This document shows, in pieces, positions 28,302 to 36,221 of a stretch of DNA of 64,000 nt. The notes below the pieces were generated by a model, which saw only the letters and a program-made list of their open reading frames with translations, did not search any database and was not told the DNA's origin. Source of the DNA: Clostridia bacterium (lineage in GTDB: Bacteria; Bacillota; Clostridia; Oscillospirales; CAG-272). Numbering within the stretch: position 1 is the stretch's first letter; the number at the start of each line of letters is the position of its first letter. Location: positions 26,753-90,752 of the forward strand of contig JAFTSW010000072.1 of assembly GCA_017467085.1 (NCBI GenBank), read 5' to 3'. A program made the position numbers and the translations under genes.

Positions 28302-29555
28302 ATGACAGACACAAAGGCGCTGCTGGAAAGGGCAGAGGAGGCGCTTGCCCCCCTTTTCAAGCAAATTGACAAAACGGCACAGGCATGCACGGAGCGCGTG
28401 CTTGCCGCCTTTAAGGAGGCAAGAGTATCCTCCACGATGTTCGGCTCTACCGACGGCTACGGCTATGACGATTACGGCAGAGATACCCTGGATAAGATTT
28501 ACGCCACCGTGTTTGGCGCCGAGGCGGCATTCGTGCGGCATAGCATTCTTTCGGGAACCCACGCCTTGACCATTGCCCTGTTTGGGCTTCTGCGCCCGGG
28601 CGACACCCTGCTTTCCATCACGGGCAAGCCCTACGATACCTTGGACGAGGTTATCGGCATTTGCGGCGAGGAGGGCGCGGGGTCACTCAAGGATTTCGGC
28701 GTCCGCTACGCCGAGGTACCCTTGACGGCAGAGGGACTGCCCGACAAGGAGGGAATTTTAGAGGCGCTGCGCCGTGAAAAGGGCGTGAAGGTTGCCTTTA
28801 TTCAGCGCTCCAAGGGGTATCTGGACAGAAAGACCCTGTCGGTTGCCGAGATTGGGGAGCTGGTGGCTCTGGTCAAATCCGTGTCGGACGCCTTTGTGGT
28901 GGTGGACAACTGCTACGGCGAGTTTGTGGACGGGAAGGAGCCCTGTGCCGTGGGCGCCGACCTTGCGGTTGGCTCTCTCATTAAAAATCCAGGCGGCGGT
29001 ATAGTGGAGTGCGGCGGGTATCTGGTTGGCACGCGCCGCGCCATTGAGCTTTGCGGCTACCGCTTTTCCGCTCCAGGGGTGGGTCTTGAAATCGGCGCCA
29101 GCCTTGGGCATAACAAATCCCTTTACAAGGGTCTGTTCTACGCCCCCCACACCGTGGCGCAGGCGCTGAAAACGGCGCATCTGTGCGCCTACCTCTTTGC
29201 CGAGGCAGGGTACAAGACCGAGCCTGCCTGGGATGAGGCGCGGCACGATATTATCCAGACCGTGACCTTCGGTACCCCCGAGGGCTTGATTGCCTTCTGC
29301 CGCGGCATTCAGGAGGGCTCTCCCATTGACGCCTTCGTGTCCTGCGAGCCCTGGGCAATGCCCGGCTACCAGGAGCCCGTTATTATGGCGGCAGGCACCT
29401 TTACCCAGGGCGCATCCTTAGAGCTGTCGGCGGACGGGCCCATCCGTCCCCCCTATATCGCCTTTATGCAGGGCGGTCTTACCTACGAGTCGGGTAAATA
29501 CGGCGTGCTGTGTGCCTTGGAAAAGGTAAAGGGCTTAGACGGGAAAGACAGCTGA
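28302..29555 (+). CDS. Methionine gamma-lyase family / aluminium-resistance-protein-like PLP enzyme (YnbB-like)
   Basis: N-terminus ..FKQIDKTAQACTERVLAAFKEARVSSTMFGSTDGYGYDDYGRDTLDKIYATVFGAEAA.. is characteristic of this family. Confidence 0.8.
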   Translation: MTDTKALLERAEEALAPLFKQIDKTAQACTERVLAAFKEARVSSTMFGSTDGYGYDDYGRDTLDKIYATVFGAEAAFVRHSILSGTHALTIALFGLLRPGDTLLSITGKPYDTLDEVIGICGEEGAGSLKDFGVRYAEVPLTAEGLPDKEGILEALRREKGVKVAFIQRSKGYLDRKTLSVAEIGELVALVKSVSDAFVVVDNCYGEFVDGKEPCAVGADLAVGSLIKNPGGGIVECGGYLVGTRRAIELCGYRFSAPGVGLEIGASLGHNKSLYKGLFYAPHTVAQALKTAHLCAYLFAEAGYKTEPAWDEARHDIIQTVTFGTPEGLIAFCRGIQEGSPIDAFVSCEPWAMPGYQEPVIMAAGTFTQGASLELSADGPIRPPYIAFMQGGLTYESGKYGVLCALEKVKGLDGKDS

Positions 29556-29649
29556 CGCGCGTTGGGAAATTTGCCTCGTTAAAACGAGCTTGTTCTCTCT
29601 TGACTGAAAAAAGAAAAGCGCCCACGGGCGCAAAAGGAAGGAAAACGAT

Positions 29650-30219
29650 ATGAAAAAATTTCTGGCTCTTTGCTTGCTTGCCGCGCTGCTGGTTCTGGCG
29701 CTTGCCTCCTGCGGCGGCACCGAGGACGGCACCCCCGCAGGCTTCAAGAAGGCGTCGGATGACGACGCCTGCTCCTATACCCTCTACGTTCCCGATACCT
29801 GGACGGTAGCCTCGGGAAGCACCACCGATTACACCATGGCAACCATTTCCACCACCGACCCCTGCTCGGTCAGCGTGGCGGTGGTCAGCGCCGTGTCCGC
29901 TTCCACCGTTGCGGAATATTGGGAGGACTGCCAAGAGGAGTACGGGCGGCTCTTTGACGAGTTCACCCCCGACGCCCAGGGACAGGGCGAGGTGGTTTCC
30001 ATTGGCGGCGGCTACGGCTCCCGTTATTTCTTCAACGCCAAGTACGGCGGCGCCGAGTACCGCTATATGCAGATTTTCTTCACCCATATGGATTCTCCCT
30101 TTGCGGGGCGCCTGTATATTTTGACCTATACCGCCTCGGCAGAGCATTTCGATGCCCACTACGATAACGAGCAAGAACAGGATGTTTTGGCGATTATTTC
30201 GCACTTCAAGTTTGATTGA
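29650..30219 (+). CDS. Lipoprotein, unknown function
   Basis: MKKFLALCLLAALLVLALASCGG lipobox. AAGGAAGGAAAA SD. Confidence 0.7.
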   Translation: MKKFLALCLLAALLVLALASCGGTEDGTPAGFKKASDDDACSYTLYVPDTWTVASGSTTDYTMATISTTDPCSVSVAVVSAVSASTVAEYWEDCQEEYGRLFDEFTPDAQGQGEVVSIGGGYGSRYFFNAKYGGAEYRYMQIFFTHMDSPFAGRLYILTYTASAEHFDAHYDNEQEQDVLAIISHFKFD

Positions 30220-30227
30220 GGGAAAGA

Positions 30228-30690
30228 CGCCGCGGGGATTCCGCCTGCGGCGGAGTGATATGCCGCCTTTGGCGGCGTGATATTGCCGCCTTGCGGCAGT
30301 GATATGCGGCAAAGCCGCGTGATATTCCACCTACGGCGGAGTGATATTGCCGCTTTGCGGCAGTGATATGCGGCAAAGCCGCGTGATATGCCCAAAAGCT
30401 CGCAAGCGAGCTTTGCGGCGGCGTGATATTGCCGCTTTGCGGCAGTGAGAAGCATACCGCCAATAAGCCTTCCCCGGTGGGGGAAGGTGTCAGCGAAGGC
30501 TGACGGATGAGGCGCCTTCAAGGAGAAAAACTCCTCATCCACACAGATGGCTTTGCCATCTGCCGTCCCCACTTCTCCCACAGGAGAAGGCTTATAGTGT
30601 GATATTCCGCCTGCGGCAGTGATATGCGGCAAAGCCGCGTGATATGCCCAAAAGCTCGCAAGCGAGCTTTGCGGCAGTGTGAAATGAAGG
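30228..30690 (+). repeat. Intergenic hairpin array A (GTGATAT-headed stem-loops plus larger hairpins)
   Basis: GTGATAT occurs at 30255, 30277, 30299, 30319, 30341, 30363, 30383, 30423, 30599, 30619 and 30639. Each copy is followed by a 5-6-bp GC stem with a 3-nt loop. A 64-nt exact duplication lies at 30356-30419 and 30612-30675. Central hairpins include CCTTCCCC-ggtg-GGGGAAGG, GTCAGC-gaag-GCTGAC, CAGATGGC-ttt-GCCATCTG and CTTCTCC-caca-GGAGAAG. Confidence 0.9.
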
Positions 30691-30700
30691 AAAAGACGAG

Positions 30701-31870
30701 ATGAAACGAATTTATTTGGACAACAGTGCCACGACCCCTCTTTGCGCGGAGGCGTTAGCGGCGTATACCGCCGTTGCCACCGAGTCCTACGGCAACCCCT
30801 CCTCACGTCACCGTATGGGGCAGGAGGCGCTTCGTATTCTGCAAGAGGCAGAAAAGGAGGTGCTTTTGGCGTTGGGCGCCAAGGACGGACGGGTGATTTT
30901 CACCTCGGGTGGCACCGAGGGCAACAACCTTGCCCTGTTTGGCCGTGCCTTTGCCAAGGAGCGGTTTGCCCGTGGCGGCAAAATCCTCACTACCCGTGGG
31001 GAGCACGCCTCGGTAAATGCCCCCTTAGCAAGCCTTGCCGCCCGTGGCTTCCAAACCGTTGATATTGGAACGGCAGGGGGCGTGTTGGATTTGGAAGGGC
31101 TTGCCGCGGCGGCTGATGAGAAGGTTTTCCTTGCCAGCCTGATGGCTGCCAACAACGAAACGGGGGCGCTCTACGATATTGCCGCCGCTTCGGATATTTT
31201 GCGGGCGGGCTGTCCCGATGCCGCCCTGCACGTGGACGCCACCCAGAGCTTTATGAAGCACCCCTTTACCGTCAAGAGCCTTGGCGCCGATATGGTGACC
31301 GTCAGCTCCCACAAGGTGGAGGGACCCAAGGGGGTTGGCGCTCTTTGGGTGTCGGGCGCGCTTTTGAAAAAACGGGGACTCTCCCCCATACTCTTGGGAG
31401 GCGGTCAGCAGGACGGCTTGCGTAGCGGCACGGAAAACGTGCCGGGAATTGCGGGCTTTGCCGCCGCCTTGCGCGTGTGGCGCGAGAAGGGCGAGGAGCG
31501 CAGATGCCGAGTGGCCTCCCTGCGTGCCGCTCTCTTGGAGGGCTTGCAGAGGGAGGAGCTGAGGGATAGCGTTCTGCCCCTTTTGCCCCCCGTCTTTTTG
31601 GATAACATCCTCAATATCGAGGTGAAGGGCATACGGAGCGAAACGGTGCTGAACGATTTGTCGGGCAGAGGCATCTTCGTGTCCGCAGGCTCTGCCTGCT
31701 CCTCTCACGATGCCCACCTTTCCCCCGCTCTTTTAGCCTACGGCAAAACCAAGGACGGCGCCGATTCCTCGGTGCGTGTCAGTCTCTCCTACCGCAACAC
31801 GGAGGAGGATATCGAGGCGCTACTCTGCGCCCTTGCCGATATCGTGAAAAGCCGACAGAAGAAAAGATAA
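30701..31870 (+). CDS. nifS: Cysteine desulfurase (class V aminotransferase, NifS/IscS-like)
   Basis: IYLDNSATTPL, PLP-lysine region VSSHKVEGPKGVGALWV, GTENVPGI, and SAGSACSS containing the active-site Cys. Confidence 0.85.
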   Translation: MKRIYLDNSATTPLCAEALAAYTAVATESYGNPSSRHRMGQEALRILQEAEKEVLLALGAKDGRVIFTSGGTEGNNLALFGRAFAKERFARGGKILTTRGEHASVNAPLASLAARGFQTVDIGTAGGVLDLEGLAAAADEKVFLASLMAANNETGALYDIAAASDILRAGCPDAALHVDATQSFMKHPFTVKSLGADMVTVSSHKVEGPKGVGALWVSGALLKKRGLSPILLGGGQQDGLRSGTENVPGIAGFAAALRVWREKGEERRCRVASLRAALLEGLQREELRDSVLPLLPPVFLDNILNIEVKGIRSETVLNDLSGRGIFVSAGSACSSHDAHLSPALLAYGKTKDGADSSVRVSLSYRNTEEDIEALLCALADIVKSRQKKR

Positions 31871-31915
31871 GGCGCTCCGCCTTGCAAGATAAAACAAACC
31901 GCGAAAGGATAGACT

Positions 31916-33172
31916 ATGAAACCGCTTTTTACCGCCGCTGATATTTTGCTCCCCGATTTTACCGCCGTGGATGCGGAAAAATACGCCTGCATCGCCTGCG
32001 ACCAGTTCACCTCCGAGCCCCGTTATTGGGAAGAGGTGAAAACGCTCGTGGGGGACGCCCCCTCCTTGTTCCATATCATTCTTCCCGAATGCTATCTGGA
32101 AAGCGAGGACGAGGCGGCGCTCACTTCCCGTATCGCCCGTATTCACGCCAATATGAAGCAGTATGAAAAGGGTGTATTCTCCACCCATAAGGACAGTATG
32201 ATTTATCTGGAAAGAAGGGACACGGCAGGGAAGGTTCGCCGAGGACTTGTGGGCAAGATTGACTTAGAGGGCTATTGCTACGAGAAGGGCTCGACAAGCC
32301 CCGTCCGCGCCACCGAGGGAACGGTGCTTTCCCGTATTCCTCCCCGTCTTCGCGTGCGCCGTGGCGCTCCCTTGGAGGCGCCCCACGTGATGCTGCTTAT
32401 CGATGACCCCGAAAACACCCTCTTTTCCCGGGTGGAAAAGGGAGAAAAGACCCTCGCCTACGATTTCACCCTGATGCAGGGCGGCGGCGCTGTCAAGGGC
32501 TATTTTCTCTCTCCCGCTCTGATAGAGTGGGTGGAGGGCTTCCTCTTGGCAATGGAAAAGAAGGCGCCCCTGCCCTACGCCGTAGGGGACGGCAACCATT
32601 CCTTGGCAACCGCCAAGGCGTATTACGAGGAAATTAAGGCGACCCTCGGCGAGGAAAAGGCAAGGCTTCACCCTGCCAGATACGCCTTGGTGGAGCTTGT
32701 CAATATTCACGATTCCTCCCTGGAATTTGAGCCGATTTATCGCCTGCTTTTGGGCGTGGAGAAGGATACGCTTCTTGCCGAGCTTGATGCGTTTTGTAAA
32801 GAAAATACCGAGAAAGGCAACCAACAGTTTACACTCCTTTCCGCCCAAAACGGAGAGGTGTCCGAGGCGTCCTATACCCTTTCTGCCGTTGCCCATTCTC
32901 TGACCGTCGGCACCCTGCAGATTTTCTTGGATAAGCTCCTGCAGAGGCACCCCGAGGCGTCCTTGGACTATATCCACGGGGAGGATTCGCTTCGCGCCCT
33001 CTGCCTGGAGAAGAACGGGCTTGGCTTCCTTTTTGAGGGTATGGAAAAGAAGGAGCTTTTCCCCTCGGTTGCCAAGGACGGCTCCCTGCCTCGCAAGACC
33101 TTCTCCATGGGTACCTCCAGGGACAAGCGGTATTATCTGGAATGCCGCCGCATTGAGGATAGCGCATGCTGA
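31916..33172 (+). CDS. DUF1015-family protein (unknown function)
   Basis: Pattern resembles DUF1015 (..ACDQFTSE.., ..VRATEGTVLSRIPPRLRVRRGAPLEAPHVMLLIDDP.., ..AVGDGNHSLATAKAYY..). Overlaps dus by 7 nt (ATGCTGA). Confidence 0.6.
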   Translation: MKPLFTAADILLPDFTAVDAEKYACIACDQFTSEPRYWEEVKTLVGDAPSLFHIILPECYLESEDEAALTSRIARIHANMKQYEKGVFSTHKDSMIYLERRDTAGKVRRGLVGKIDLEGYCYEKGSTSPVRATEGTVLSRIPPRLRVRRGAPLEAPHVMLLIDDPENTLFSRVEKGEKTLAYDFTLMQGGGAVKGYFLSPALIEWVEGFLLAMEKKAPLPYAVGDGNHSLATAKAYYEEIKATLGEEKARLHPARYALVELVNIHDSSLEFEPIYRLLLGVEKDTLLAELDAFCKENTEKGNQQFTLLSAQNGEVSEASYTLSAVAHSLTVGTLQIFLDKLLQRHPEASLDYIHGEDSLRALCLEKNGLGFLFEGMEKKELFPSVAKDGSLPRKTFSMGTSRDKRYYLECRRIEDSAC

Positions 33173-34170
33173 GCTTCGGGGGTATCTCCCTGCGGCACGG
33201 CTTGCTTTTAGCCCCCCTGGCAGGGTATACGGACGTTGCCTTTCGCGCCATCTGCCGCCTTCACGGCGCGGAGTACCAGGTCACCGAGATGGTGTCCTCC
33301 CGCGCCCTTTGCTATCACGATAAAAAAACGCCCCGTCTTGCCCGTGTAGGGGAGGAGGAGCTACCCTGTGCCGTGCAAATCTTTGGAAGCGAGCCCGCCT
33401 ATATGGCGGAGGCCGCCGCTATGGTGGAGAAGGGAATGGCAGGCGGGGCTGCTCCCTCGGCAATCGACATCAATATGGGCTGTCCCGTGAAAAAGATTGT
33501 GTCGGCAGGAGACGGAAGCGCCCTTTTGAAGAATCCGAGCCTGGCGTACGATATCGTCAAGGCGGTAAAGGGCGCCGTTTCCTTGCCCGTTACCGTCAAA
33601 ATACGGGTGGGCTATACCGAAAAGGAAAAAGGGAAGGGCATTCCCGAATTTGCCAAAGCCTTAGAGGAGGCAGGCGCCTCCCTTATCACCGTTCATGGGC
33701 GCACCCGTGAGGCGATGTACAGCGGACAGGTTGACCTTGCCTCTATCGCCGCCGTCAAGGCGGCGGTGTCTGTGCCCGTGGTGGGCAACGGGGATATTGC
33801 CTCGGCAGAGGACGCCCTTCGTATGCTGCGGGAAACGGGCTGTGACGGGCTGATGATAGGCAGAGGCGCTGTCGGCAACCCCTTTGTTTTTGAAGAAATT
33901 GCCGCCGCCTTGGAGGGGAGGGACTATACGCCCCCCACGGTAGAGGAGCGGTTATCTTTGGCGCTTTTGCACCTTTCGCTTTTGGAAAAGGAAGCGGAGC
34001 GGGCGTTGGCAACGGGGGAAAGCGCCCCGCCCTTTGCCGCCGAGGCGCGCAAGCAGATTGCCGCCTACACCAAGGGTATGCGAGAGGGCGCCGCCCTGCG
34101 CGCCGCCCTCTGCCGCGCCGCCTCCCTGGCGGAAATGACCGCCATCGTGACCCGCGCTTTGGAAAAGTAA
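33166..34170 (+). CDS. dusB: tRNA-dihydrouridine synthase; its last codons are supplied by the inserted cassette
   Basis: LAPLAGYTDVAFR, IDINMGCPVKKIV (catalytic Cys region) and VHGRTR. Confidence 0.9.
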   Translation: MLSFGGISLRHGLLLAPLAGYTDVAFRAICRLHGAEYQVTEMVSSRALCYHDKKTPRLARVGEEELPCAVQIFGSEPAYMAEAAAMVEKGMAGGAAPSAIDINMGCPVKKIVSAGDGSALLKNPSLAYDIVKAVKGAVSLPVTVKIRVGYTEKEKGKGIPEFAKALEEAGASLITVHGRTREAMYSGQVDLASIAAVKAAVSVPVVGNGDIASAEDALRMLRETGCDGLMIGRGAVGNPFVFEEIAAALEGRDYTPPTVEERLSLALLHLSLLEKEAERALATGESAPPFAAEARKQIAAYTKGMREGAALRAALCRAASLAEMTAIVTRALEK

Positions 34171-34285
34171 ACGCGCTCCTTGAAGCTCAATCCCTATATA
34201 CAAAATACACAAAACCTACAAGAAGGGGCTGTCTGCCAAGACCGCCCCATTCTCTTTGGAAAAACGATTGACTTTGGGGGGAATG

Positions 34286-34363
34286 GCTCATAAAATGTGG
34301 AAAAAGCAAAAATATTCGCTCATAAAATGTGCAAAAGCAAAAAATATTCGCTCATAAAATGTG
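34286..34363 (+). repeat. Three iterons GCTCATAAAATGTG at 32-bp spacing
   Basis: Copies start at 34286, 34318 and 34350. They lie immediately upstream of the -35 box of the cassette promoter. Confidence 0.9.
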
Positions 34364-34370
34364 TTTTGTG

Positions 34371-34399
34371 TTGACAAATCATTAAAAAAAGCGTATAAT
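34371..34399 (+). promoter_or_regulatory. Consensus sigma70 promoter of the cassette gene
   Basis: TTGACA (34371-34376), 17-nt spacer, TATAAT (34394-34399). Confidence 0.7.
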
Positions 34400-34428
34400 A
34401 AGAGCAACATTGTATGACGGAGGCCGTT

Positions 34429-35787
34429 ATGTATTTAAGACGAAAAATTGACGCATATCTTGCAGAGTGGAAAAACAACGCCCAGCGAAAGCCTCTCGTT
34501 GTAAAAGGGTGCAGGCAGGTTGGCAAGACAGAGTCTATTCTTCATTTTGCAAGAGAAAATTATGAAAGCGTTGTGGAAATCAATTTCGTAAGAGATGAGA
34601 AATACAAAAAAATTATCGTTGACGGGTACGACGTTGACAGTATTATAAAAAACATTTCCAGAATTGACCCGACCAAGCGATTTGTACCGCAAAAGACCTT
34701 GCTGTTTTTTGACGAAATAACTGAGTTTCCGGAAATTGCGACTGCGCTCAAGTTTTTCAGAATTGACGGGCGCTATGACGTCATATGCTCGGGCTCTATG
34801 CTGGGCGTGAACTACAAAAGGATAGAAAGCAACAGTGTTGGAAACAAAACGGACTACACGATGTTTTCGATGGATTTTGAAGAATTCCTGTGGGCCAAGG
34901 GCTATGGCGAGGACACGGTTGCGGATATGCTGGCGCATATGCGTGAAATGCGACCGTTTAATGAATTGGAAATGGATATTTATCACACGCTTTTTCTTGA
35001 TTACGTTATTCTTGGCGGTATGCCCGCGGTGGTGAAGGGCTACGTTGAAAAAGGAACGTTTGAAGGCTCCCTGGAGGCGCAAAGGCAGTTGATTGCCGAC
35101 TATAAGGAGGACATCCGCAAATACGCCGAGGGGCTGGACCAGGCACGCGTTATAAACGTGTTCAACAGTATCGCACCGCAGCTTGCGAAGGAAAATAAAA
35201 AATTTCAAATTGCAAAAGTGGCTCCCGGAGCCCGTTTCAGAGATTACAGAGGGTGCGCGGAATGGTTGGCGGATGCGGGTATCGTGAATGCTTGCTATTG
35301 TCTTGGCTATCCTGAGCTCCCCCTGGGCGGCAACTGCGACACCGACAAATTCAAGCTTTATTTTGCTGATACGGGTCTGCTTGTAGCCCTGCTTGACGAG
35401 GAGGCGGGCGAGGACCTTCGCGCAAATAGAAACCTGGGCGTCTATAAGGGCGCGTTATACGAAAATATAGTGGCAGAAGCATTGGCTAAGTCGGGATACA
35501 GCCTGTATTACTATACGCGTGAGGATTCCACACTTGAGGAGGATTTCTTTATCAGAAGCGCGGAAACGCTCATTCCCGTTGAAGTTAAGGCAACGGGTGG
35601 CAAAGCAAAATCTCTTCGCACGTTGATTGATTCGAACAAATATGCCGACGTCCAATACGGCTTCAAGCTTTCTCACGGCAACGTTGGCTATAGCGACGGG
35701 ATTTTTACGTTTCCCTATTTTTGCGCGTTTTTGCTAAAGCGCTTCGTGAAGAGCTTTTCTTTTGAGAAACGAAAGGAAAATGCGTAA
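34429..35787 (+). CDS. AAA+ ATPase (AAA_14-type) with C-terminal DUF4143 / PD-(D/E)xK-like domain
   Basis: Walker A VKGCRQVGKTES, Walker B LLFFDEITEF, C-terminal EEDFFI..LIPVEVK. Start at ATG 34429 (GGAGG SD; MYLRRKIDAYLAEW); the track ORF starts at 34414. Confidence 0.85.
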   Translation: MYLRRKIDAYLAEWKNNAQRKPLVVKGCRQVGKTESILHFARENYESVVEINFVRDEKYKKIIVDGYDVDSIIKNISRIDPTKRFVPQKTLLFFDEITEFPEIATALKFFRIDGRYDVICSGSMLGVNYKRIESNSVGNKTDYTMFSMDFEEFLWAKGYGEDTVADMLAHMREMRPFNELEMDIYHTLFLDYVILGGMPAVVKGYVEKGTFEGSLEAQRQLIADYKEDIRKYAEGLDQARVINVFNSIAPQLAKENKKFQIAKVAPGARFRDYRGCAEWLADAGIVNACYCLGYPELPLGGNCDTDKFKLYFADTGLLVALLDEEAGEDLRANRNLGVYKGALYENIVAEALAKSGYSLYYYTREDSTLEEDFFIRSAETLIPVEVKATGGKAKSLRTLIDSNKYADVQYGFKLSHGNVGYSDGIFTFPYFCAFLLKRFVKSFSFEKRKENA

Positions 35788-35929
35788 AGGCGCCGCCTCC
35801 CTGGCGGAAATGACCGCCATTATCCGTCAGGCGTCGGAAAGCTGAATTGCCCCGCCAAGCCTTCTCTCGCCTTCACAAAAAGCAAATTGCCCCGCAATTT
35901 CGCTTTTTCTCATTTTTGTGTTTTCTAAA

Positions 35930-35959
35930 GGAACCGTTTGCAAAAACGGTTCCTTTTTT
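35930..35959 (+). terminator. Rho-independent terminator (likely the original dus terminator)
   Basis: GGAACCGTTT-gcaa-AAACGGTTCC followed by TTTTTT. Confidence 0.8.
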
Positions 35960-36029
35960 GTTTGTTCGTCAGTTTGACGAAAAATGTCAAAAAAATGCTA
36001 AAAACATATATAATATATAGGAAAAAGAC

Positions 36030-36058
36030 TTGACAACGCAGTATAAATGTGGTAAACT
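36030..36058 (+). promoter_or_regulatory. Sigma70-like promoter for the giant gene
   Basis: TTGACA, 17-nt spacer, TAAACT, with TG two nt upstream of the -10 box. A GC-rich hairpin-containing leader of about 160 nt follows. Confidence 0.5.
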
Positions 36059-36221
36059 GTACATAGTATGGAAATGTGTTTCCTTTTCTCGCGCGGTGCG
36101 CGCTTGGGGGCTTCTCTTTGCGGCGGCTTTTGGTCAGGGCCGCGGCGAAAAGAGCGCCTCGGCGGCTTGGCGTGAAAGAAGGAAGGATTCCACATGAGAA
36201 AAAACAAGAGAGGAAACAGTT

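Larger units (their letters stand above)
34115..35820 (+). mobile_element. Candidate integrated single-gene cassette (no recombinase gene) bounded by 31-bp direct repeats
   Basis: Exact GCGCCGCCTCCCTGGCGGAAATGACCGCCAT at 34115-34145 and 35790-35820. The interior is AT-richer. A displaced alternative dus 3' end (..AIIRQASES*) and a terminator follow the right repeat. Confidence 0.65.

Noticed and set aside
30228-30690. CRISPR-like periodicity (repeat every 20-22 nt).
   Set aside because: The constant part is only 7 nt and the variable parts are self-complementary 13-15-mers. This does not match CRISPR repeat/spacer dimensions, and no cas genes are in the window.
29479-30806. ORFs crossing hairpin array A (283, 215 and 85 aa) with repeated peptide strings such as YHAALPHITAA.
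   Set aside because: The repetition comes from translating the GTGATAT/hairpin units. The ORFs overlap real genes on the other strand and have no SD.
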